DNA from: an uncultured Acidobacteriota bacterium
GTDB lineage: Bacteria; Acidobacteriota; UBA6911
DNA length: 64,000 bases
Assembly (NCBI GenBank): GCA_963843575.1
Contig: CAWJKZ010000010.1
Location: 256,001-320,000, forward strand
Direction of reading: 5' to 3'
In this document: piece by piece, positions 25,108 through 34,574 of the stretch
Layout of the letters: every line of letters begins with the position of its first letter
Position numbering within the stretch: the stretch's first letter is position 1
Made by a program: the position numbers and the translations under genes
Notes under the pieces: generated by a model
Seen by the model: the letters and a program-made list of their open reading frames with translations, nothing else
The model's database searches: none
What the model was told of the DNA's origin: nothing

Positions 25108-25235
25108 GGGAATTTTTCCTCAACCGTGCACTCGCCGGGACTCCGGGAGGCAGGCAGGAGAGCGGAGCGTGCTCGAGGAGACCATCGGGGAATTTTTCCC
25201 TTAACCCAAAATTTGAAAAGAGGTAGAATTTCCCC
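25108..25235. promoter_or_regulatory. Three near-palindromic GGGAATTTTTCC-type sites, candidate enhancer (UAS) for the adjacent activator
   Basis: GGGAATTTTTCCT (25108), GGGAATTTTTCCC (25188), GGTAGAATTTCCCC (25222), about 90-215 bp upstream of the sigma54 site. Confidence 0.5.
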
Positions 25236-25389
25236 GTGTGGTCAAGTGTCTGCCTATTGCTGAGCAGACTTACGATGCAGCAGATTGGGTACGATGTTGC
25301 GTCGGGATGTTCTGACATCGAGCTCTCCCCCTGGCCGCGGTGAGACGTTCCGGCGGCACGAGGCCAACACCAGCCGAAGGACGGGCTGC

Positions 25390-26751
25390 ATGATCAACCG
25401 CAAAACGAAGATCCTGGTCGTGGACGACGAGGCGGCGATGAGGGAGGTCCTGGAGATGCGCCTCCAGGAGTGGGGTTTCGAGGTGCGGCTGGCGGCGGAC
25501 GGGTTCGAAGGCAAGGAACTGGCGGAGACGTTCGATCCGGACGTGGTTATCTCGGACGTGGTCATGCCGCAGATCTCCGGCCTCGATCTGCTCCGTACGC
25601 TGAAGTCGGGGGACGCCGACCGGCCGATCATCCTGGTGACGGCCCAGGCGAGCATCGACGTGGCGGTCGAGGCGATGAAGGAGGGAGCGCAGGACTTCAT
25701 CACCAAGCCGATCGACTATCCCAAGCTGAAGGCCATCCTCGACTCGGCGGAGAAGGACATCGACCTGCGGCGCGAGTCCCGCAGGCTCATCTCGCAGCTC
25801 GACCGGGGGGCTGGATTCGGCGAGTTCGTCGGGACCAGCAAGCCGATGCGCGAGGTCTACGAGCTCATCTCGAGCCTCAGCTCGAGCGACGCCTCGGTCA
25901 TCGTGACGGGCGAAAGCGGCACCGGGAAAGAGCTGGCCGCGCGCACGATCCACCAGCTGAGCGCCCGCGCCAAGGGCCCGTTCGTGGCCATCAACGCGGC
26001 AGCGATCCCCGAGAACCTGATGGAGAGCGAGATTTTCGGGCACGAGAAAGGGGCGTTCACCGGCGCCGTGGGGGTGCGCGCCGGCTGCTTCGAACTCGCC
26101 AACCGCGGGACCCTGTTCCTGGACGAGATCGCGGAGATGCCGCTGGCTCTGCAGCCCAAGCTCCTGCGCGTCCTGGAAGACCGGAAGGTGCGGCGTCTGG
26201 GCGGCAACCAGGAATTCGTGGTGGACGTCCGGGTGTTGGCGGCGACCAACCAGGAGCCGCGCGGCGCGGTCGAGGCCGGCCGGCTGCGCGAGGACCTCTT
26301 TTACCGGCTCAACGTGTTCACGGTTGCACTGCCGCCGCTGCGCGAGAGGAAAGGGGACATCGCCCTGCTCGCCCAGAGCTTCATCTGCGAGTTCAACCGC
26401 AAGCACAACGCCCGGGTGGAAGCGATGCGCGACGACGCCCAGGAACTTCTCAGGTCGTACTCCTGGCCCGGAAACGTGCGCGAGTTGCGCAACGTGATGG
26501 AGCGGGCGGTAATCCTGTCCAAAGGAAATTGGATCGAAGCGTCTCACCTCCCGGCCTACATCGTCAGTGCCCGCACCGACTCCGTGGCCAAGATCGTCCT
26601 GCCCATGGGCGTTACTGCGGCGGACGCCGAAAAGGAACTCATCCTCAAGACGCTGAAGAAGACCGGGAACAACAAGGCCGAGGCGGCCCGGCAGCTGGGC
26701 CTGGATGTCAAGACCATCCGCAACAAGCTGAAGGCGTACGGCATCGTCTGA
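25390..26751 (+). CDS. Sigma54-dependent response regulator (NtrC/AtoC family: REC-AAA+-Fis HTH)
   Basis: GESGTGKE, GHEKGAFTGA, LFLDEI, REDLFYRL, WPGNVREL, GNNKAEAARQLG. Confidence 0.95.
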   Translation: MINRKTKILVVDDEAAMREVLEMRLQEWGFEVRLAADGFEGKELAETFDPDVVISDVVMPQISGLDLLRTLKSGDADRPIILVTAQASIDVAVEAMKEGAQDFITKPIDYPKLKAILDSAEKDIDLRRESRRLISQLDRGAGFGEFVGTSKPMREVYELISSLSSSDASVIVTGESGTGKELAARTIHQLSARAKGPFVAINAAAIPENLMESEIFGHEKGAFTGAVGVRAGCFELANRGTLFLDEIAEMPLALQPKLLRVLEDRKVRRLGGNQEFVVDVRVLAATNQEPRGAVEAGRLREDLFYRLNVFTVALPPLRERKGDIALLAQSFICEFNRKHNARVEAMRDDAQELLRSYSWPGNVRELRNVMERAVILSKGNWIEASHLPAYIVSARTDSVAKIVLPMGVTAADAEKELILKTLKKTGNNKAEAARQLGLDVKTIRNKLKAYGIV

Positions 26752-26783
26752 GGCTTCCCTTTCCCCCGTCCCGCGTGGGCACG

Positions 26784-28325
26784 ATGAAAATAGCGATGCG
26801 AATCATCTCCGGGTACGGCGTTCTCATCGCCCTGCTCGCCGCCCTCCTCGCCTACCAGGTGATGGCCATCCACAAGATGCAGGCGATCGGGAACACGATC
26901 GCCCGCGTCAACTTCCAGGCGGCGCTCGCCGCGCTGCAGTTGATGCGCGACCGGGACCTGGTCGAGGAGTACGCGAAGAAAGCTCTCGTCATCGGCGACC
27001 CCGAATACGGTGAGCCGCTGCGCGGCTTCGCGGAGGATCTTGACACGAGCCTGCAACAGATCCGCGCGACGGCCGTGACCGAACGGGAGCGGCAGGAGAT
27101 CGAACGCTTTTCCCAGTTCTGGGCCGAGTTCCGTGCGGCGCTGGGGCGCGAGCAGGCCCGCGCACCGGGGAAGCGCGCCGAGTTCCCGGGCGGGCTGCAG
27201 GACGGACTGGACTCCCTGCGAACGCAGGCCTTCACGGTCTACCAGCAGGTGCTGCAGTCGATCGCGAGCGAGGCTCAGCTCGCCCGCGACACGGGCCAGC
27301 GCGCCGAGCTGATGTCCTGGTTCGCCGCCGTCACCGCGCTGCTGGTGGGCGCCTTCGTTTCGCTCCTGATCGTCCGCTCCATTTCCATTCCGCTCCGGCA
27401 GCTCACCGAGGGGACGCGAGCGATCGCGGCGGGAAAGTTCTACTACCGGCTGGACACGTCGGGGAAAGACGAGTTCGCCCAGGTCGCCCGCGACTTCAAC
27501 ACCATGACCGAACGGCTCGGCGAACTCGACATCATGAAGAAGGACTTCGTGTCGCACGTGTCGCACGAGCTGAAGGCGCCGCTGGCGTCCATGCGGGAAA
27601 CCACGCAGCTGCTGCTCGAGGAGATCCCCGGCCCCCTCGCCGACAAACAGCGTCGGCTGCTCGAACTCAACATGCAGAGCGCGCGTACCCTGAGCTCGAT
27701 CGTGGGCAACCTCCTGGACATCTCCAAGATGGAGGCCGGCATCATGGAGTACGACCTCAAGCCGCAACCCCTCGCGCCCCTGGTGCGCGCCGCCGTAGGC
27801 CAGTACGAGGCGCCGGCGGCAGGGAAGAGGATCGACCTGCGCACGGAGATCCCCGCGCAGCCGATCCTGGTCGACTGCGACGGCGACCGCGTCGTGCAGG
27901 TCATCGCCAATCTCGTCGGCAACGCCGTCAAGTTCACGCCGCAGTCGGGCGCGATCCGGGTGCGGCTCGAGCAGCTCCGGCAAGCGCCGACACGCATGCC
28001 GACGCGATGGCACAACGCCCTCGCCGACCGGAAGACGGATGGCGGCTTCGCGCAGCTCACGGTGAGCGATTCGGGCCCCGGCGTCCCCGATGCCAGCAAG
28101 GAGAGCATCTTCGAGAAATTCCACAGGGCCGCCACGCGCCGCAAAGTCGCCGGGCAGGGCGTCGGCCTCGGCCTGGCCATCGCGCAAACCGTCGTCGAGG
28201 CGCACCGCGGAGCCATCTGGGTGCAGGACAATCCTGAGGGGGGATCGGAATTCTGCGTGCTCCTGAGGCTGAACGACACGGCCGAAGGCACGGCGCCGGC
28301 GCACCGCAACGAGCAATCCCTGTAG
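26784..28325 (+). CDS. HAMP-domain sensor histidine kinase
   Basis: Two TM segments, HAMP (DEFAQVARDFNTM), H-box VSHELKAPL, N-box NLVGNAVKF, DSGPG, GLGLAI. Confidence 0.93.
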   Translation: MKIAMRIISGYGVLIALLAALLAYQVMAIHKMQAIGNTIARVNFQAALAALQLMRDRDLVEEYAKKALVIGDPEYGEPLRGFAEDLDTSLQQIRATAVTERERQEIERFSQFWAEFRAALGREQARAPGKRAEFPGGLQDGLDSLRTQAFTVYQQVLQSIASEAQLARDTGQRAELMSWFAAVTALLVGAFVSLLIVRSISIPLRQLTEGTRAIAAGKFYYRLDTSGKDEFAQVARDFNTMTERLGELDIMKKDFVSHVSHELKAPLASMRETTQLLLEEIPGPLADKQRRLLELNMQSARTLSSIVGNLLDISKMEAGIMEYDLKPQPLAPLVRAAVGQYEAPAAGKRIDLRTEIPAQPILVDCDGDRVVQVIANLVGNAVKFTPQSGAIRVRLEQLRQAPTRMPTRWHNALADRKTDGGFAQLTVSDSGPGVPDASKESIFEKFHRAATRRKVAGQGVGLGLAIAQTVVEAHRGAIWVQDNPEGGSEFCVLLRLNDTAEGTAPAHRNEQSL

Positions 28326-28367
28326 GCGTGAAACCCGCAGGGACAGCCGCCGCCGCGGTCCGCAGGG

Positions 28368-28826
28368 TCAATCCGTTTGGCTCAAACCCTTGACGTAGCC
28401 GCGCGGGGCACCGTAGCGCAGGACGCTCACGGTCACCTTCTGCCGCCCGAACTGAATCGCCTGCTGAAGGTTCGACATGTAGATGTCGATGATGCGCCCC
28501 TTGACGAGGCGCCCCGTGTCCATCACCCGGTAAATGCCGCGGTGGCGCTCACTTTCCACGTGCACGAGCGTCCCCAGGGGCAGCACCGACGGGTCGGCCG
28601 CCGCCAGGCCCGGCGCCGCGGGCACACCGGACTTGGTGATCCCCGATTCGCAGTAGGCGGTCGCCTGGAACTCCATCGCGGGTCCCGGCGTGACCGCTTC
28701 CTCGGCCTTCGCGCCCCCGGGCGCGAAACTCCCCGCCATCTGCCCCAGGATCAGGACCGCCGTACCCGCCAGCAACCTCCTCGCCGACCGCAAAAAACAC
28801 GCGCGTGCATTGTCCATATGCTGCAT
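28368..28826 (-). CDS. 3D-domain (MltA-like) cell wall protein
   Basis: FQATAYC, AAADPSVLPLGT, DTGRLVKGRIIDIY, FGRQ. Confidence 0.88.
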   Translation of the reverse strand: MQHMDNARACFLRSARRLLAGTAVLILGQMAGSFAPGGAKAEEAVTPGPAMEFQATAYCESGITKSGVPAAPGLAAADPSVLPLGTLVHVESERHRGIYRVMDTGRLVKGRIIDIYMSNLQQAIQFGRQKVTVSVLRYGAPRGYVKGLSQTD

Positions 28827-29345
28827 CGATACCCCCTTGGCTCAAAACAAAGTGACTACGGCCCTGGATGGGTGAGATCGTTACGATTCAGCGAACGCGA
28901 GCGGGCGCGAGAGAGAGTAGAACGATCGTGGGAGTTGGGACACACAAATAGGAATTAGCATTCCCCGATCGAAAATCATGGTCAAAATGCTACTGTATAT
29001 CCCGCGCTTAGACAACCCCAAAAAATCGAGTGCCGCCCCACAACCGGCCGCCGCCGCGCATCCGCGGCCCCTCTACCCTTCCGGCGGGCGGCCCCAATCA
29101 TTTTTTTGAGAGCGCTTTACGGCCGGCTGAAAGGAGATTTCAGCAGAAATCCGCGCGTGGGGCATATCACCCGCCGGCGAAATTTTTTTTCGCGAAACCA
29201 TCGGGGGAAGCAGTCCATGGCCTCTCGGCGCGGCGGGGCGCCTCTTTCGCCATTCGAAGTGGGATGAGGCGTCAGGACATGTGATAGCGGTTTTAGGACA
29301 TAAGAAATTTGATTTTGGTCCCGGCGCGCCGCTGCTGTGGGGTTG

Positions 29346-30998
29346 TTACAGCAGGACCGACACCAGGATCTGCGCGAGGAGGATCTTGGCGATCATGGAC
29401 GCCGGGTAGACCGCCGCGTACCAGATGTTCGGGAGTTCGTTGCGCGCCTGCTGGTTCGCATAGGCGAGACAGGCGGGCTGCGTCTGCATGCCGGAGACCA
29501 TGCCCATCACGGCGGACATCGGCAGCTTCAGGAGCTTGTAGCCGACGAGCAGAGCGCCGACGGAAACGGAGGTCGTGATGGCGGCCCCACCCACGATCAG
29601 TCCCCATCCGCCGGCCCGGAAGGTTTCGGTGAAGCCGTGACCCGCCTTGGTCCCGATCGCCGCAAGGAAGAACACGAGCCCGATCTGGCGCAGCACGATG
29701 TTGGCGCTGTACGGGATCGTCCAGGTGATCGGCCCGCTCCGCTGCAGTCGGCCAAGCAGCAGCGCCGCCACGAGGGGGCCGCCCGCGAAGCCGAGTCTGA
29801 ATACCGAACCGTTGGGCAGCGGTATCGGCGCCATGCCAACGAACACGCCGATCAGGATCCCGAGCGACAGCGGCAGGAAATCGGTTTCGGAAACGGCCCG
29901 GAGCGAGTCGCCGAAGAAGCGTGTGATGCGGTCCAGGTTCTCGCGCCGGGTCACCACACGAATGCGGTCCCCGAGTTCGAGGACCGTGCTCTCGGACGGC
30001 ACGAAGTCCACGTCCCCGCGCCGCAAGCGGGTGATGGTCGCGTCGAAGCGCTTCTGCAGATCGATTTCGGCGACGGTCTTTCCGACGACCGCCTTGTCGG
30101 AGACGAATATCCTGCCGTAGATGAAATCGTCCACGTGCCCTTCGTCGATCGCGAGGTGCTCGGCTGAGACTTCGCCGAACAGGAGGCGTGCCCGTTCGAT
30201 GCCGCCCGCGACGCCGACGACGACGATCAGGTCGTCCGTCGCAAAGACGGTGTCGGGCGTGACGATAGAGGTGATCCCCCCCTTGCGGATGCGGCTCAGG
30301 ACGAAGCCCGGCCGGTCCATGTAACGCAGCACTTCGTCCACCCTCTTCCCCACGACGGCGGGGTTCGTGACCCGGAACGTCCGGCTGACGATCGTGTCGG
30401 GAGCGGTCTCCCTCATCTCCTTGACAAAATCGACGCGCAGCAGCTTCGAAAAAACATAGAACCAGAGTATGCCGCCCAGCACCCCGAAGGGATACGCCAG
30501 CCCGAAGGTCACCACCGGGCTGTTCGCGTACAGTTCCGCCGTTTCACGCGGCAGATCCGTGGTCATCTGCTTGACGGTCTCGACGGTGGCCGCCAGCGCG
30601 GGCGTGTTCGTCAGGGCCCCGCAGAAAAGCCCGACCGTGCTGGGGGCGGAGAGCCCGAGCGCGGCCCGCACCGTCAGGGCGGCAAGGGCGCCCGACCCGA
30701 TCATCAGGACCGCGAAGAGGTTGGTGCGGAACCCGCGCTTCTGAAAGGAGGCGAAGAAACCCGGCCCGGACTGCAGACCAATCGTATAGACGAACAGGAC
30801 GAGCCCCAGCACGTAGATGTACTCGGGGAGGTCGAGCCGCCGGTCGACTGCGCCGAAGGCCATCCCCACGAACAGCACCGCCGCGACCCCGAGGCTGAAG
30901 CCGCCGAGCTTGATGCTGCCGACGAGGAAGCCGATGCCGATGACGGTGAACAGGAGCAGCAGCGGGTTGCCGGCGAGCAGTTGCAGGATGGGGTGCAT
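29346..30998 (-). CDS. Aspartate:alanine exchanger (AspT/YidE/YbjL) family transporter
   Basis: LGVAAVLFVG, GLVLFVYTIGLQSGPGF, GALTNTPAL, TrkA-C-like middle, GMQTQPACL. Confidence 0.9.
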   Translation of the reverse strand: MHPILQLLAGNPLLLLFTVIGIGFLVGSIKLGGFSLGVAAVLFVGMAFGAVDRRLDLPEYIYVLGLVLFVYTIGLQSGPGFFASFQKRGFRTNLFAVLMIGSGALAALTVRAALGLSAPSTVGLFCGALTNTPALAATVETVKQMTTDLPRETAELYANSPVVTFGLAYPFGVLGGILWFYVFSKLLRVDFVKEMRETAPDTIVSRTFRVTNPAVVGKRVDEVLRYMDRPGFVLSRIRKGGITSIVTPDTVFATDDLIVVVGVAGGIERARLLFGEVSAEHLAIDEGHVDDFIYGRIFVSDKAVVGKTVAEIDLQKRFDATITRLRRGDVDFVPSESTVLELGDRIRVVTRRENLDRITRFFGDSLRAVSETDFLPLSLGILIGVFVGMAPIPLPNGSVFRLGFAGGPLVAALLLGRLQRSGPITWTIPYSANIVLRQIGLVFFLAAIGTKAGHGFTETFRAGGWGLIVGGAAITTSVSVGALLVGYKLLKLPMSAVMGMVSGMQTQPACLAYANQQARNELPNIWYAAVYPASMIAKILLAQILVSVLL

Positions 30999-31035
30999 CA
31001 GGATACCTGTGCTCCGTCCGAATGAGCCGCGCCGA

Positions 31036-31932
31036 TCACGTGCAGACTCGGTTGCGTCCCTGCGTCTTCGCGCGGTAGAGCATCTGGTCGGCGCGATCGA
31101 CCAGCGAGTTCGGGGTGTCGTCGGCCGTGGCAATAGCGCCGCCGATGGAGATCGTGACCTGCAGCGGTGCGGGAGTGTCCAGGCTGCACTGCTGAACGAG
31201 CATGCGGAAACGCTCGCCGATCTCCGCGAGGATCTCCGGGCCCGTGTGGCTGATGATGCCCAGGAACTCCTCCCCGCCCCACCGCCCCACGACGTCGGAG
31301 GAGCGCGTGCTGCCGTTCAGGGTGCGGGCAACCATCTTCAGCACCCGGTCGCCCGTCTCGTGCCCGTGGCTGTCGTTGATCCGCTTGAACCAGTCGATGT
31401 CCGCGAACAGCACGCCAAACCCGATCCGGTGGCGGCACAGGTCGTCCAGCCTGGTGCGGAGCTGCATCTCCAGGAACCTGCGGTTGGGCAGTTCCGTCAG
31501 GTCGTCGACGAGGGCCAGCCGCTTCATCGACGCGAGACTCTCGACCAGGGCGGCTCGCGCCTGCGTGCTGCTGAAAATCTCAACCGCGCCCACCACGGCG
31601 CCGGCAGGGTCGACGATCGGCGACGTGCGGACAAGCACGGCGACGCGGTGCCCCTCCTTGTGGTGCAGGTACACCTCGCTCTCGCGCGGCTGGAGGTCCG
31701 CCAGCGTGGCCGATAGCGGGCACCCCGACCTGCACAACAGCCGCCCCGAGCCGTCGACGTGCATCAGGATGTTGTCCATGCACCGCTTGCCCACCACCTC
31801 CGCCCGCGGGTAGCCGGTGATCCTCTCGGCCCCCTTGTTCCAGAACGTGATGCGCCGCTGAGGATCGGTGAAATACACGCCGTCGCTCAGATTGTCCAGT
31901 ATGTCGCGGTAGAAATTTTCCTGATCGTCCAT
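31036..31932 (-). CDS. PAS-domain diguanylate cyclase
   Basis: PAS (FWNKGAERITGY), DIDWFKRINDSHGHETGD, RWGGEEF. Confidence 0.92.
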   Translation of the reverse strand: MDDQENFYRDILDNLSDGVYFTDPQRRITFWNKGAERITGYPRAEVVGKRCMDNILMHVDGSGRLLCRSGCPLSATLADLQPRESEVYLHHKEGHRVAVLVRTSPIVDPAGAVVGAVEIFSSTQARAALVESLASMKRLALVDDLTELPNRRFLEMQLRTRLDDLCRHRIGFGVLFADIDWFKRINDSHGHETGDRVLKMVARTLNGSTRSSDVVGRWGGEEFLGIISHTGPEILAEIGERFRMLVQQCSLDTPAPLQVTISIGGAIATADDTPNSLVDRADQMLYRAKTQGRNRVCT

Positions 31933-32008
31933 GTGATTCAGAGAGACCGGATTGTATCATCTCGCAGCCAAAACCGTGCGATTTGCCTCCGGACACCGAG
32001 CCACCGGC

Positions 32009-33267
32009 TCAGCGCGCGCTCAGCCCGGCGAGCGCGTCGACCATCGCCACGATGTTCGCCACGGGGGTGCCCGCCTGAATGTTGTGGATCGCGTTGAAGA
32101 CGAAGCCACCACCCGGGGCAGAAGGTCTCGCAGCGGCGCACCACCTGCTCGCGCACCTCGTCCGGGGTGCCGAAGGGGAGCACCCGCTGCGTGTCGACGC
32201 CGCCCCCCCAGAACACGATGCGGTCGCCGTAGGCGCGCTTCAGCTGCCCCGCGTCCATCCCGGCGGCGGAGCACTGGACCGGGTTGAGGATGTCGAAGCC
32301 CGCCTCGATGAACGACGGGATGAACTTCTCGACGGCACCGCAGGAGTGCTTCAGCGTCTTCCACCGCGGTATGCGCGTGGACCCAGTCGTTGACCTCCCG
32401 GTAGACCGGCAGCCAGAGTTCGCGGAAAGTCCCCACGGAACAGAACGACGACGTCTGGGTCCCGAAATCGGTGCCGCAGATCATGACGACGTCGACCAGA
32501 TCCCCGACGCGCGCCGCGATGCGCTCGAGGTTGGCCAGCGCGATCCGGCACTGCCCTTCGAAGACCTGCGCCACGTAGTCGCGCCGCGTGCGCAGCGAGA
32601 TGTACCACTCGGTGACGTCGCGTATCCCCTTCGGGTGCGGCAGCCCCACGCCCGGGACATGGGCGATGTCGCCGAAAGCCGTGCCGCCGAAACTCGCGAC
32701 CACGGCGCGCCCGGTGGATGCGGCCTTCCGGGCCTCCGCTTCCAGGTAGTCGAGTTCTTCGTCCGGGATGGGCCCGAATTCCTCGAGGTTGTCGGCCGGG
32801 TCCAGCCGCTCCTCGTCGATCGGCTCCTGGCGGATAATCGCGTCGAAGAAATGTCCCCCTTGGGGCATGCGCGCGCTCGGCGGGGCCGACCGGTCCCCGC
32901 CCGGGTGCAGCAGCGTGTCCCCGTTGCGGTCGGTCGTGGTGTTGAAATCCCCCGGGACGAGGATCTCCAGCCCGTCGTACATGCGCCACGGCTTCCAGCG
33001 CTCGTTGGGGAAACCGAACCGGTTTCTGCGCCGGAACACGCCCTCGACGTCGATCCCCATCGCCGTCTTGAGATCGTCTTCGATCTCGCCCAGCATCTGG
33101 CCGCAGTCGATGGCCTTGACGGGCCTCCGCTCAAGGCCGTAGTAATCCCGGAGCCCCGCCACACAGCTGACGTGAATGCCGCTAACCGTGGTCCCGCCAA
33201 AATCCACTGGGACGCGGTCGGGCGCGCGGTGCGCGAGCGCGCGCAAAACCCGTTCTCTGCCGCTCAT
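32009..33267 (-). CDS. Uroporphyrinogen decarboxylase/MtaA-like family protein; frameshifts near 32370 and 32115
   Basis: PDRVPVDFGG, TDFGTQ, KHSCG, LNPVQCSA, FWGGGVDTQ, FVFNAIHNIQ. Confidence 0.85.
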
Positions 33268-33495
33268 GGTCTGCCTCCCAGGATGCGCTATTGTACCAGC
33301 GATCCTGCGGCTGTCCACTTCGTATCGTTTCTTTAGCTGCTCTTTTTTCTTTCTATTTACTTCTAATTGCGCTTTTTACTCACCCTGTGGTACAAGTGGG
33401 CTGCAAACAGGGTCGCCACAAGAACGCGATGAAGCTGATCCCCGGGGCCGGGGTTCATTTCTAGGGCCCACTACCTTTTGTCAACGGAGGCACCA

Positions 33496-34338
33496 ATGAA
33501 AAACAAGCGGACACTGATAGTGATCTCGCTGCTCCTCGTCTGGCTGCCCATGCTCCTGTGGGGACAGTCCAGGCGGCAGCCGACCAACCCCGAAGACATC
33601 AAGACCTGGAAAGGCAAGACCGTGATGTTCGTCGGCCCGCACGAGGACGACGACCTTTCGGCGGCCGGGACGATGGCCATCCTGAGGAAAAACGGCAACA
33701 CCGTCTACATCGTCCTGTACACCAGCGGCAACAAGGGATCCCGCGACCCCGACATGACGGCCGAGCGGATGGCCCAGATCCGCAGGCAGGAGGACCTCGC
33801 GGCCAACAAGGTCATCGGCATCCCGCCCGAGAACATCTTCATGCTCGGCTACGACGACGGCATGCTGGAATACGTGCCGCAGAAGGAGATCGTGGAGAAG
33901 GCGTGCTGGTTCATCCGCAAGTACCGCCCCGATGCCCTGTTCAGCATGGACCCGGGGGACAAGTGGGTGAAGTGGTACAAGACCGACCACCGCGCCTCCG
34001 CGCTGCTGACGGCCGACGGCGCCCGCGCCGCCGCCTACCACCTCTACTTCCCGCATCACCGGATCAACGAGGGGCTGCAGCCGTTCACCGTGACCGACTG
34101 GTTCTTCTACAGCACCCACGAACCGAACTACAAGGTGGACATCACGGAGGTCGCGGAGCTGAAGGGTGAGGCGACCTGCCAGCACACGAGCCAGATGGGC
34201 AAGGGCAACCTCAAATACACCGGACCCACCATGGACCCGGAGGACTGCGCGCGGATCAAGGCGCGGGCGACCAGGAAGGACGCCGACGGCAAGGTGTACG
34301 AACAGTTCCGCCGCCTGCAGGAGTCCCTGTCGTTCTAA
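33496..34338 (+). CDS. PIG-L family N-deacetylase, exported
   Basis: Signal peptide, GPHEDDD, TSGNKGS, RRQED, TDHR, QHTSQ. Confidence 0.88.
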   Translation: MKNKRTLIVISLLLVWLPMLLWGQSRRQPTNPEDIKTWKGKTVMFVGPHEDDDLSAAGTMAILRKNGNTVYIVLYTSGNKGSRDPDMTAERMAQIRRQEDLAANKVIGIPPENIFMLGYDDGMLEYVPQKEIVEKACWFIRKYRPDALFSMDPGDKWVKWYKTDHRASALLTADGARAAAYHLYFPHHRINEGLQPFTVTDWFFYSTHEPNYKVDITEVAELKGEATCQHTSQMGKGNLKYTGPTMDPEDCARIKARATRKDADGKVYEQFRRLQESLSF

Positions 34339-34372
34339 GTCCGGGCCGACGAGGATGTCCAACGATCGGTTC

Positions 34373-34510
34373 TGGAGTGCGGCGGCTTGACGGCTTGACG
34401 CCGCTTTGGTGGCGGCGCCTCGGCGCCACCGCAATTCGGCGTGGCGCCGAGGCGCCGGGCATTCCGGCCATAAGACGCAAGTGAAAGCGGCGCCGAGGCG
34501 CCGCACTCCA
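34373..34510. repeat. REP/REPIN-like palindromic element, copy 1
   Basis: TGGAGTGCGGC...CCGCTTT at left, AAAGCGG...GCCGCACTCCA at right, internal GGCGCCGAGGCGCC hairpins; between convergent genes. Confidence 0.75.
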
Positions 34511-34515
34511 AAATG

Positions 34516-34550
34516 AAACGGGCGCAGGCACCTCGGTGCCTGCGCCCGTT
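34516..34550 (-). terminator. Intrinsic terminator after receptor copy A
   Basis: AACGGGCGCAGGCAC-loop-GTGCCTGCGCCCGTT followed by TCATTTT on the minus strand. Confidence 0.75.
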
Positions 34551-34574
34551 GCGCAACACGGTCGAAACCGCGTT

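Noticed and set aside
25470-28325. 951-aa ORF suggesting a long N-terminal extension on the histidine kinase
   Set aside because: The first ~440 codons are an off-frame shadow of the NtrC gene; the kinase starts at 26784.
28875-28900. CGCTGAATC on the minus strand upstream of a 3D-domain gene, suggesting a c-di-AMP (ydaO) riboswitch
   Set aside because: The downstream conserved elements (GGAACC, GGGG, CCCGNCAGCT) are not visible.
34373-34560. CRISPR array
   Set aside because: The repeats are inverted and nested, without regular unique spacers, and no cas genes are present.
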